A stretch of DNA of 64,000 nt from Ophelia neglecta (Eukaryota): assembly GCA_965285935.1 (NCBI GenBank), contig OZ260665.1:18042001-18106000 (forward strand). The letters run 5' to 3'. Each line of letters begins with the position of its first letter. Within the stretch, counting starts at the first letter, position 1. Shown here piece by piece: positions 15,070-27,100 of this stretch. Below the pieces are notes generated by a model. The model saw only the letters and a program-made list of their open reading frames with translations, was not told the origin of the DNA and did not search any database. A program made the translations under genes and the position numbers.

Positions 15070-15284
15070 GGCTTTGTGTAAACGGCGAACGCGAAAGCTT
15101 CGGCGAAAGCGGCATGGCTTCTTAAATTGAGCTAATATGAACACAATAATAACCCTACCCATACCCATTTATATCGAAAACAAAATTGAGTTAGGGTTAG
15201 GGTTGGGTTATAAAATAACTAATATTTTAGAGTATTGGGAAATGCTGCTTTCGCTGCTTTCGCGTTCGCCGTTTACACGAAGCC
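15070..15284. mobile_element. 215-bp MITE with 29-bp TIRs and 8-bp TSD (copy 1)
   Basis: TIR GGCTTTGTGTAAACGGCGAACGCGAAAGC and its reverse complement (1 mismatch). TSD AAAACACA at 15062-15069 and 15285-15292. Internal TAACCCTACCC and TTAGGGTTAGGGTTGGGTTA. Confidence 0.9.
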
Positions 15285-16777
15285 AAAACACACATAGGTC
15301 TTTTCCAAAAGCTCCGTCCATGTTAGACATTCAGGGTCATAACAGTGCAACTCCAGCCAACATATTAGGATAATCAAAGAGCAAAACGCTGGCGGTCGGA
15401 AATGTGGTGATGTTGGTCATTATAATAGACAGGCATTTTGATATTTATTTTCCAAAAGATATCCGCCAATCTTAGTATATGGGCATAATTATGTACTTCA
15501 TGCCGCTGTTGTCTTATATTCGATTTGGATCCATTTTATGTGATGTTTGCCGGTTAATTATTAGTAGTAACAGGTGGCAATTGAAGCGATTAACGAGACG
15601 GGAATGATATGAACCAAATAATTCAGTTATTTTATTCTTGTGCTAATTTTGTTTAAAAAATACCATTTTAATATTAAACTAATGGTGAGTTTAAGCAAGG
15701 CTACTGTTATCATCCACGCAGGACAGACTATATACTAGGCCAGGGATAATTAAGCACATGGTGCCTGCGTTTGAGGGGACCATGGGGAATGATGAGCCCC
15801 TAGTGTATACGCTCCAAATGTCATGGTCCATAAGCTCTATGGCGAAGGAACAAGGCAGTTTGGAACAAGGTTTGTAAAAAAGGAACAAGTCGAGGTACAT
15901 GGCTTTATGGCTTTGGGTTCGGCTGACTAGGTATTGACAAATCATGGCCGGTTTCTCGTCTTAAGTTAATAAATATTTGTGATTAATAGTGAAAAAACAT
16001 GTGTCATTAATACCTAAGCGTGCTGCCCTCTATTTTGCTAGAGTGCCGTAGCTTTTCATATATACTCATTCTTCAAATAGTGAAAATATTACTAATATGT
16101 CTGAGAACGGGGTTAATATGTATATATAACCGTCGAAGTGCATGGCCTTATATCTCGGGAGAAAATGTGTCTTAAAATTGTGTAATTATTCTATTCTGTC
16201 TGCTTAATTAATAACAGCAGGGAATTGATTAATAACATTTCGTAATCCAAAAAAACTATCAGAAGTTGACTTGGCTCTGAGAATTATATTAAAAACATGG
16301 CCCAAATTCCGATTCCGAATGGATAGTTGGCTTATGATCCGCCTCCCATCCTGGCTTCTTCCCTAATACAGGTCAACAACGCCCTCAGGCATTACCATCG
16401 AAATAATAAGATGTTGATGGCCAATCTAGGCAATTTCCTTGACATGACAAAAGGGACGTAATTCCATGCAAGATGAAATTGTGTATGGCAAGAGCATATG
16501 CATTTTCACAGCGCCTAAAGGAATTGAAGGAATTGGACACAACTCCACCGCAGTTAATTAATCCATTAACCTACAAATTAATGAAAGTCTTGCAGACAAT
16601 GTCTCTACATATTTTTGTTCGACCATTCCGTATCATCAGTTGGTGGTTGGCTTTTCACAGATTACCATTCCTAAAACCCGTGTACAAAGACAACAAAGGA
16701 AACGCCGTTGTAAATACCTGTGTAGAGAATGATGATGAATATATCTTTGATGGAAGAAACTCCTATAGCAAAACACA

Positions 16778-16992
16778 GGCTTTGTGTAAACGGCGAACGC
16801 GAAAGCTTCGGCGAAAGCGGCATGGCTTCTTAAATTGAGCTAATATGAACACAATAATAACCCTACCCATACCCATTTATATCGAAAACAAAATTGAGTT
16901 AGGGTTAGGGTTGGGTTATAAAATAACTAATATTTTAGAGTATTGGGAAATGCTGCTTTCGCTGCTTTCGCGTTCGCCGTTTACACAAAGCC
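16778..16992. mobile_element. 215-bp MITE with 29-bp TIRs and 8-bp TSD (copy 2, carried by the tandem duplication)
   Basis: Perfect 29-bp TIRs; TSD AAAACACA at 16770-16777 and 16993-17000. Confidence 0.9.
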
Positions 16993-19616
16993 AAAACACA
17001 CATAGGTCTTTTCCAAAAGCTCCGTCCATGTTAGACATTCAGGGTCATAACAGTGCAACTCCAGCCAACATATTAGGATAATCAAAGAGCAAAACGCTGG
17101 CGGTCGGAAATGTGGTGATGTTGGTCATTATAATAGACAGGCATTTTGATATTTATTTTCCAAAAGATATCCGCCAATCTTAGTATATGGGCATAATTAT
17201 GTACTTCATGCCGCTGTTGTCTTATATTCGATTTGGATCCATTTTATGTGATGTTTGCCGGTTAATTATTAGTAGTAACAGGTGGCAATTGAAGCGATTA
17301 ACGAGACGGGAATGATATGAACCAAATAATTCAGTTATTTTATTCTTGTGCTAATTTTGTTTAAAAAATACCATTTTAATATTAAACTAATGGTGAGTTT
17401 AAGCAAGGCTACTGTTATCATCCACGCAGGACAGACTATATACTAGGCCAGGGATAATTAAGCACATGGTGCCTGCGTTTGAGGGGACCATGGGGAATGA
17501 TGAGCCCCTAGTGTATACGCTCCAAATGTCATGGTCCATAAGCTCTATGGCGAAGGAACAAGGCAGTTTGGAACAAGGTTTGTAAAAAAGGAACAAGTCG
17601 AGGTACATGGCTTTATGGCTTTGGGTTCGGCTGACTAGGTATTGACAAATCATGGCCGGTTTCTCGTCTTAAGTTAATAAATATTTGTGATTAATAGTGA
17701 AAAAACATGTGTCATTAATACCTAAGCGTGCTGCCCTCTATTTTGCTAGAGTGCCGTAGCTTTTCATATATACTCATTCTTCAAATAGTGAAAATATTAC
17801 TAATATGTCTGAGAACGGGGTTAATATGTATATATAACCGTCGAAGTGCATGGCCTTATATCTCGGGAGAAAATGTGTCTTAAAATTGTGTAATTATTCT
17901 ATTCTGTCTGCTTAATTAATAACAGCAGGGAATTGATTAATAACATTTCGTAATCCAAAAAAACTATCAGAAGTTGACTTGGCTCTGAGAATTATATTAA
18001 AAACATGGCCCAAATTCCGATTCCGAATGGATAGTTGGCTTATGATCCGCCTCCCATCCTGGCTTCTTCCCTAATACAGGTCAACAACGCCCTCAGGCAT
18101 TACCATCGAAATAATAAGATGTTGATGGCCAATCTAGGCAATTTCCTTGACATGACAAAAGGGACGTAATTCCATGCAAGATGAAATTGTGTATGGCAAG
18201 AGCATATGCATTTTCACAGCGCCTAAAGGAATTGAAGGAATTGGACACAACTCCACCGCAGTTAATTAATCCATTAACCTACAAATTAATGACAATGTCT
18301 CTACATATTTTTGTTCGACCATTCCGTATCATCAGTTGTCGGTTGGCTTTTCACAGATTACCATTCCTAAAACCCGTGTATAAATTTCGACGCATATTTT
18401 TTGTAGACACTAAATTCACCTTTCTACTTTTAAACAGGTATGCATTAAGCCATGATAGTTTCTTACTGGAATATTTTCGTTCTTTACTATGTGTATTTTA
18501 TACAATAACGAGTGATTACCTACACTTGACGTTTTACTTCTTTATGACAGTTTCAAATTAAAAATTTCGATTCATACATCATTGTTCACCGAAACAGTCT
18601 ACAATGACGTTACCTTTGATTTCCCTTAAGTACAGCCGACGGTAGCTTCTGTTACAGCCTTAAAACCTGACTTCATAGAGAGTCTATCCATAAGCCATAC
18701 GACCTTCTGCTTTGAGAACTTGACAGTATCTAGCTGCCAGCTGTAAGATTGACTGCATACAGAATCTGACCGTAGCTAGCCGTCAGCCATGAGATTTAAA
18801 TGGAATCTTTGGTATCATATGTGTACTTTTCGCAGTAGGTGTCTATATTGTTTATTGTAGTTTTAAATTCGTAGTATACGGCTACACTATTTTGAACTAT
18901 GCACCAATTAATATGTATTTCAATGTATATAAATAAGTGTGTGTCTATATATATAACACTAAATTGACGAGGAATAAATTACCCTACTTATAAAACGTTT
19001 AGTGTCTCTGCAAAAATTGCACAATATGCCGGCAATAAAGAGGTAAAATTTAAGATATACTAAGTAAATATTAAACTTTCAGAGTTAATCCGATTATAGT
19101 TGTTTGCATTAATTGGATGTGGGCAAGGGCCAAACGTAATTATCAAAGATACTGCTTTAATTCCCGCTAACAACTGAATTCTGATAAGCTATATACTATA
19201 TTGTCAAATGTATAATATATCATATGCTGAATGTAGTACGCCTATCATTATTAACGAACTCTGTGTGAGTAAATTAAAATATGGTAATCACCCAAACAAA
19301 CTTTAAATATACACATTAGAAATATGGGCATGTTCAAATGATGTATGTTTTAAAGTTAAGAACGTTATTTTTAATGATTTGTATGTATTATGGTGTGTTC
19401 AAGTTACGGAATACATACCTGTATGCAAGTCCAATGAAGAAAGGAATGAATAAATGTATAAAAAAAAACATATATATACTCAAATTATGATAGATGCTCT
19501 CATTATCATATTAATTTCCTGGAGACTTTTAACATACAATCATTATGTATGTATATACCACCTTTGGAGCAGATATAGTGCTGTCGAAACTAATAAACTT
19601 GTCCATGTAATATACT

Positions 19617-19644
19617 TGTCTTTCTGTCTCTGTCTCTGTCTCTT

Positions 19645-19676
<32 letters not shown>
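19617..19676 (+). repeat. (TCTGTC)n/(TC)n microsatellite
   Basis: Directly visible TGTCTC hexamer repeats running into a (TC)n tract. Confidence 0.9.
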
Positions 19677-20797
19677 AATACTTTATACTTTTATACCGGT
19701 AAGAGAAGCTATGGCAAACCTACCTTTATGAAGGCTTCATCTTCCTTGAATTTTCTAAATATGTGTAGGAGATTCTTAAGGGCTATCCTTATGAATTGGT
19801 AGAAGATAATCACTTTCGCGTGACGTCGTTCTTGTGGTTGCTATGATAGGTTCCTGGCAACGCGCGTCCTAAGTCCATATGATCCCAAAATACCTTCATT
19901 TCTGGCATTATTTGTAATGAGTAGCTTTGTTATGGCCGTTTTATATCAGCCTCGCTAATAAGTGGGAGAGAGGAAACGCAGCATGCAGAGTTTCCATTGA
20001 ATATGGTTCACTTAGTATTGATAGGGATCTTGGATTTAACTTGATTTGCAGTCTACTTATTCTCGATTGATAAATGGAGGGTGTTAAAATGGGACGCGCC
20101 TGGCGACAATATCAAGATTAGGGCCTACTCAGCAAGTCCCCGGAGGCCAAATGGCAACTCCCGGCCTTTTGGGGCATCAGCCGTCATTCTATTTGACGTG
20201 GTACTCGCTGGTGATTATTTTGCCAAGAAGTGATGGACTTCCAAGGGCCATTTCAGCCACTCCACTTCAGATATTAAGAATGGTGCACATTATGAGCACA
20301 ATGAATAAAGAAATATAAAAATTTAGGTTTTATCTTAAGAGAATACCATGGATCGTCAGCGCCTACTTATGTTTTGTTAATCAATGTAAAAGATTATATT
20401 TTTTTTATAACATTAACAAAAGCACATTGGAATTCATGTATTTAGTATTTATGGATAGTATGCGGAACATTCTGCTAGGAATTGTTTTTTTGATTAAAAG
20501 TATTTCTTATGTGAACTTACTCAAAATAGATATTAAAATACTGTCCATGGAAACGACGCAATATAGTATGAGCAGTTTTCATTACATTGTTACCGTTTTC
20601 GAGAGTCTGGTGGTAATTCTATAATCTGTCCACATCAAAGAATACATTATGGCGTTCATAAGCATACTCTGCAAGAAGCAACTTATACTGTACACAGTCT
20701 TACCTAATGCCACAAAATGTCTCAAACAGAAGACATCGCATTAACCACATTTCTATTCACTGTAAAATTTGAACCGAGGCGCGAGGAGAATACAACA

Positions 20798-21566
20798 TTA
20801 TACGCTACTTCCAATCACTTTATGTTTTGCCGGAATTCGCTCATAACTGTATTTTTTTGGCGCGTGCGTATTGGCTGCCATTGATTCGGTGACGGAGTGG
20901 CCCTGGAGGTGCATCCTATTCATAGCCCCGTCGTCTTTTTCGGAGCACTTGCTGACGAATATCGCCTTGAATTTCTGTCTGAACTTGCGGCTAAATATGC
21001 AGTACAATATAGGGTTAGCTGCGCTATTGACATATCCCATTGCGGTAACGAACACAAGGAAAGGCCATGTCTGATGGAAGGGTGCGTGTGAAAAAGTGTT
21101 ATAAAACAAAAGCACTTGATGTGGTGAATAACTCACGAAATAGATGATTACACTTGCGATCAGCATCTTAACTACCCCCTTTCGCTGTCTCATCGTCTCC
21201 GATTTGCGTTCTCTCTGAACGCCGTCGTGGCTCATCACCATTTGTTTTCGATGTAACTCCTTAGCACCGGAGAACAATTTTCGACCTATGATGCAATAGC
21301 AGACGACCTGAATGAGGAGTGGAATCATGTAGAAAACTCCAAACTCGAGGTATCTAAACACGGCTAGGTATCGGAGGTGGTCATCCGGGAACCTTAGGGC
21401 GCAGAACACCACGGGGGCGCCCGGGGCGGGAGATATCAGGCAGTTATACAGCAGAATGGGGAGAGCCAGGGTTAGAACCACGGGCCATATCATCGCTATG
21501 GTGGCTAACATACGGCGTCGACTACAGTACAGATGGGCCTTCATCGGGTGCACGATCGCTATATAC
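20798..21566 (-). CDS. Rhodopsin-class peptide GPCR (NPR-15/trissin-receptor-like), coding exon 2 (end of TM3 to C-terminus)
   Basis: Acceptor aattgcag|G at 21567/21566 completes the Arg codon of ERY. Protein contains YIAIVHP, TM5 FYMIPLLI, RKGVVKMLIASV (TM6), NSAANPILY (NPxxY variant) and helix 8 FRQKF. Stop TAA at 20800-20798. Confidence 0.95.
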
Positions 21567-21870
21567 CTGCAATTCAATTTTTGATGAATCAATCGGTTTG
21601 TTCTGCGGGGAAAATGTATGGTTATGCTAAAACATTACATATGAAAGTAAAACAATTTTCTTTTTGTCATAACCCTTCAAATGTGAAAAGTTTTAAATAG
21701 TTATACATGAAGCTTCATAATAAAGATGAACATTTAATGATCGCAATAGGCGATAAAATCGTTTATGAACCAAGTTGAAACAATTTTATCTCATCGGAAG
21801 AGCTCGTTTTTTCCAGTTCATATCGAACAAAACCAAATATATTAAATAATGAAAAGTAGTATGAACTTAC

Positions 21871-22367
21871 CTTTCGACACAGACGGAAACAAGCGTTATG
21901 ACTGAGGCGTATAGTGACAGCACCAGTAGATACCTCTCCAATTTACACACAATATCGCCCAACAACCACCCCCTATCCAGCATGAACTGAACTGTTTCCG
22001 GTATACCACACAGCATTATAAACAGATCACTTAGGGCAAGGTTCATTATAAACAAATTGGTTACCGAATTTCTCATTTTCTTGTCCGCCAGTATGATAAA
22101 TATCACTAATGTGTTGCCGACGATACCCACAATACCTATGACGCAAAAGAAACAGCTGATGCCGACAATTGCAGGCATGCCGACATGGGTCTCATTCCGT
22201 TGACCGGTGGATATAAATGTGGCATTTTCAGTGCCATTAGTCAGAGTATATCCGTTTTCAAAAGTCCCTTGACCCGGAAATAATTCATTGTTCATTGGCA
22301 CCACTGCGACGTCATGAGGCAACAATCCACCGTCAACTCCGAAAAATATACTCTCGTTATGAAACAT
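21871..22367 (-). CDS. Rhodopsin-class peptide GPCR (NPR-15/trissin-receptor-like), coding exon 1 (N-terminus to TM3)
   Basis: ATG at 22367-22365 (gcaATG). N-terminal N-glycosylation sequons NES, NGT, NAT, NET. TM1 GNTLV, TM2 NLALSD, ECL1 WLLGDIVC. Donor AG|gtaagt at 21871/21870 opens a 304-bp phase-2 intron. Joined CDS is 1266 nt = 421 aa plus stop. Subfamily assignment is from motif memory only. Confidence 0.92.
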
Positions 22368-22719
22368 TGCTTTATTCGCACATACGAAAAACAGCGAAAA
22401 TATCCTTATAAATAGTTGGTGGGAAAATATCCTGTTTTCAATGTAGCACAATGTTCCGAGTAGTATGTAACAGAATAGGTCCTGAACAGGGCCTAAACTC
22501 TCGTTGTCTGTGTTTCTAAAGGGGGATACTGTAGACTCACACACTTTTGGTTAGATGAATGTATATCCTCGCAAAAAATCGTCCTGTGTTTGTTAAAATA
22601 ACCCTTTGCACGTTTAAGCAACCAATACCTTCACAATGAGCATTCGAATTCGGCAAGAACTGTTTCCAATTCTGCAAGAGATGATTTGGAGCCTAGAAGT
22701 GCATATTAAAGGTTTTGTT

Positions 22720-22930
22720 TGTTTCGCGTAAGTGCGTGTTTTCAGCGTGATGGGCAGCTCCTGCAAGGCAAACGCTTTAATTCGCACCGCTAGCCTGCCA
22801 AGGGGCACATCACCACGATTGACACCAAAATAGCTACCGTAGGGGATGCAACTACGCGAATAGCGCCTAGTGTGGGTAGATACTTGCAAGCGCTTTGAAT
22901 AATACGCGCCGCCAATCTCTCGAACTTTGT
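22720..22930 (-). promoter_or_regulatory. CpG-enriched segment with a CCAAT motif upstream of the GPCR start codon (candidate promoter or 5' UTR)
   Basis: Locally dense CG dinucleotides and GCCAATC near 22911-22917, about 350-560 bp upstream of the ATG. Confidence 0.3.
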
Positions 22931-24059
22931 TCTGACCCACGTATCTACATCATTCCAGAGATACACAAGGTGTGCATTGCATCGTGACACATGTCATGTG
23001 ATTTTGTATCTATTTTTAATGTTCTAATGAAACATCAAATGGGATTTGCTCGTCATTGATAATCTGCCAATTCATTGTGTCAATGCACGCTTGCCAAATG
23101 CAACGAGCTAGCCTATCAGAGCTGTTCTAGACCGAGGTTACAGTCCATGCAAAGGTCACGAAAAGTTGAATTTCTGCAAGCACTAACTTGGTCTCAACAT
23201 ATGAAATGCCAAAAGCCTCATATAAGTAATTATAAGTCCATTGTATTACGTTTTTTTAATGCCACCTCCCTGTGAACGCAGGCCTACATGTGTCCATTCA
23301 TGGAGCAGTTGGACATTCGCAAACCTGCCGATCAACTGATCTTTGGCTTTTTGTTTCTATGGGCAAGAAAAAAAACATACTATTACGTATATATACCTAA
23401 CGTAGGTTAAAAATGCAACGTTGTAATATTGTTCTCAGCTGTGATAGACCAATTTTCCTGACGAAGCACTATAGGATATGCCATAAAAAGGCTTATTGCT
23501 CGCTACGAACGGGACTTTTCCGAACTACACCATCCGATCCCGCCCTAAGGGAATGTTTTTGATCATTTGACATGCCTGTTAGGTGTTTTAACTGAGAAAA
23601 TGGACTGTCGGTTTAATGCGGACTCGAACCTTTGACTTTTAGATAAATAGCTTTAACAAGCAGCGCTATATAAAGTTCGACAAGCTACTGTTTATGAAAA
23701 AAGCCACGCTGATTTGACAGTTCGTTCGGGTTACATAACAAAGCTTGTCACTCTCCCATCACGGAAATGACCACTTTTAGAAAATGGACTTTCTCGTGTA
23801 TGAAACAGAATACAGGAGCGTTGGAAACTCGGACAACTTAGAATAAGGCTTTCCCTTCAACAGCGCTTTTAAACTCGGTCGTCCGATCCTCGCAATTTCC
23901 CGCTCTTAGGTAGGCTTTTTATCAGTTTCTATAGCATAAGGTACTAATGTGCTTCATCAAGAATATATCACTGCCAAGTATAATAAAATTGCATTTTCAA
24001 CCATGTGTATATACACATAACATAATGGTCTTACATTTATTAATTATAATACTGTCAGT

Positions 24060-24170
24060 TTTCCTGTGTCTCGCTATACAGCGTCTAGCCCGGCTCTGAT
24101 TGGCTAAGGCTCTGCTTCCTGCATTCGTGCAGCGAAGAACTTAGTGCGCAGATTATCAGTGACGAGCAAA
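24060..24170. promoter_or_regulatory. Candidate NF-Y (CCAAT) element in a GC-richer patch
   Basis: CTGATTGGCT at 24096-24105 (AGCCAATCAG on the minus strand), 1.7 kb upstream of the GPCR ATG. Direction of any promoter is unresolved. Confidence 0.25.
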
Positions 24171-27100
24171 TTCCCTGTAACGTCTGTGTAATTATTTTTT
24201 AGACGTTGAGGCTTGCACTTGTCTTTTGTACATACTAGCCGACAATTAAAAAGTCGCTCAACTTAAACAATGAAAACTTGTTTGATTTATTTTGGTTTGT
24301 CCTATGGACATCTTTGTGCCAATTGTGCAGATCGATTAAATGTATCACTCGTTAGCACATTTCCCAGAGTTAAGCAATGTTTTTTTTTGTATTTTTTGCA
24401 TAAAGGCATTTCTGCAGTCCTCCACGTAGCTTGCCGAAATGCTATTTACTTCATAATGGATGTTATTAGGCATCTTCCCTTGATACCCTAGGGTAAAACA
24501 AGCCCAGTAGCAGAGTCACCTTCAAAATCAAAGCACTTTCTGTTTTCTCCGACTGCCCTATAATCACATCTCCACACAAACGACACGGTGCGACAAGCAG
24601 CAGGGTGGTACGTCTTCTGCTTAAAAATTCGCCTCCTAACACGTGCCTGCTTCTAAATTATTATACTCACCGGAGGTGCCTTTTCATAGTTTTATTTTGT
24701 AAATATTGAGGATGGTCGTTAGCTAAACACTGTTCAAAATAGCACTTTCAAAATATTGCTGATTTCTGCACTATTCTGATTGCACTTTAAACGTAAGTCG
24801 TTATTACACTCTACCAGGAATATGTACAACTAGCTTTGTTATTAAATCCCCGGCAGTGGTTGAACACGTTAAGATGCATTTGAATATATTTCGAAGACCC
24901 CTGACACTTCTCTTGTAATTAATGGTACAATTAAATCTTAAAAAGAGTATGTTTTTTCATGGTAACCTTCGTCATTTTGTGTGAGTACCCAAACCCTCTC
25001 ACAGTGTTCTAGAACATCGTCACAATGGTGGTTGACATGACCAGATTGGGATTTGGTTTCGCTTGTCGAATAAAAAAGGTGTTCCTTAGGAGTTACTTAA
25101 GATATATTTTCTAACTGCCGTCGGATGTCGAGTATGAATTAAGCACGACATAACGACACAAATGAGCACGTGCCGGCAATCACAGTAAAGGTTAATTCCA
25201 AGGCTTCAAACATAGCCTTCTTCCGAGGTATAATAATTCTAACAATAATAATTGGATAGTCTTTATAAAATCAGATGTTTATGAAAAAGCTGTGAAAACA
25301 GGATAGAATGAATTTGGGGTGGAGGGGGGAATATATATGTAATATAAATAATATGAGTAAATGATAAGGAATATGAGTACAGTTGGACTAGGAAGTGAAA
25401 TCCCTCGTTAGGGTATCTAGTTTTATAGTATTATATTTTATGGACTTGTTTTCCTGACAGGGAATTAAAACAATGTTCACGAAAAGGGTAACCATGGCTG
25501 AATATATACAGAAATGACTAGTAACAATGAAACAAAGAATTAAATAGCCTACATTGTCACTGCCTGAATTTTAACCATGTTAGTTTACAATATTATCCGT
25601 AGTTTAAAACAAAACACGTAAGACTTAAAAATGGACATACTTTACATCTGAATATTCTTTTATGCAAATTCTCAGTACCATCAGCGCTGTCAATTAGAGG
25701 TCCTTGTCACTCCAGAGATCAATAGAAAGTGGATCAGGTGCCTGTGCTTATATGAAAAATATTTATAGGACAGTTGATAGTAACGGGAGATGTTTATCAT
25801 TCCCCTGTCGGTAATGGCTAAGAGTCGTTTGGTAAGTAGGCATTAGTGTAAGCTTCTAGAGTGTGCAATTGGAGACTATCCAAGCTAACGAGTCTGACAT
25901 TGTGACACCCCAAGACCTCGTTGTCTTGTTAAATCAAGGTGATTGACCGTATACTAAACTCTATAAATACTCCCTATATGACACCATAGAGTTGAGTTGC
26001 TAGGCGGGGGTCAGATGATTTGCTCAGCGGGCTATGACCTTGGGGCGAATCAACTGACGGCCTTGGATCCAATCAGCCATGTAGTCTCTAAAGGTCGTAC
26101 TCCATCACTAACTTAGGCGCCAACGGTTTGTAAGTCATCAACTTCACATCAATAATCTTTTTTGAAAAGAGTCTGTTGATAAGAGAATATGTGTATTCTT
26201 TCAACGGAAGCTTTTGTAAATGTTTATATTCTGATTTTTCCGAACGCACATGGTGGCTTGCTGGTAGATTATGTCTATTTTTACTCAAAAGTATGAATAA
26301 AAACTCAATGCTGTAGCTCTCTATCATTCCATGTATCCATTGAAATATTCAGGGCTTTCTTGTTAGTGAACAAAAAAACTCTGACACGCAACCACTTTAA
26401 GACCCTGAAAAATAGCGACACTGCTAAAAGGGCAAAGTGCTGTAGCAATTTGCTGACTTCCCTCTATTAGAATAATTAAATTGACTTCCATTATATATAT
26501 TTATACCTATATATCCCGAATGTGCCTTGCATTGCTTTAGTAGCGGTGTTAAAGGGCCCACGTACAGATCGTTTTAAGTATCATTAAAGAGCTATTTATA
26601 TTTTATAGGCAAGTGGAAAATAAGATATCAAATGGAATTCATACAGAATCTTCATTGACAATAGATTAGTATCATAGAGTATTAAAAACTGTTCAGTGAT
26701 CATCGAACGTACGAGCAAATATTCATTGATGAAGATACAATGCTGAATGTGAAATGATCCTCTATAGGAATCTAACCGCCCTGTTCGTGTTTCATCCACG
26801 CCGGATCCCTTTGTTAGTATTTATTATTTTCAAACAATGCGTCAAACAAAAGTAGTCTAGCATATTAAGATAAGTATAATAAGCTTTTGATAAATAAAAA
26901 TTTCCTGATAAGAAAAATTATATTTCACAAGAATTATTGAAATTTAATCTGAACATGCTTAACAAAACAAAAAGAACTTCAGCTTCCGAAATTAATCCGA
27001 CTTATTTCAAATTCCCTGCGCTGCCCGTTCATTCAGCCGACATTGTCTTAGATTACATGCCGCTGTCTATTCTTCTTCATTCTTTTTTCTGGGTTCGTTC

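Larger units (their letters stand above)
14972..18380 (+). repeat. Near-identical tandem segmental duplication (copy 1 14972-16679, 1708 bp; copy 2 16680-18375, 1696 bp)
   Basis: Sequence and ORF track repeat at offset 1708 (15137/16845, 15691/17399, 16473/18181). GTGTA microhomology at 14972, 16680 and 18376. Copy 2 lacks 12 bp (16585-16596 of copy 1). Confidence 0.97.

Noticed and set aside
14903-18561. Duplicated ORFs of 75-126 aa
   Set aside because: They run through MITE sequence and across the duplication junction and have no protein features.
18626-18798. Imperfect inverted repeat (GCCGACGGTAGCT / AGCTAGCCGTCAGC) between TTAA sites
   Set aside because: Too degenerate to define TIRs with confidence.
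22368-22544. 59-aa N-terminal extension of the GPCR given in the ORF track
   Set aside because: It starts at a non-ATG codon. The first in-frame ATG at 22367 gives a normal glycosylated N-terminus.
23600-23640. Isolated B-box-like motifs on the minus strand (also near 46135)
   Set aside because: No clear A box or SINE body; at most very old SINE debris.
24047-24066. Partial matches to miRNA 5' ends (miR-8-like here, miR-87-like near 9879, miR-1-like near 57939)
   Set aside because: Only 10-12 nt match and no precursor hairpin is evident.
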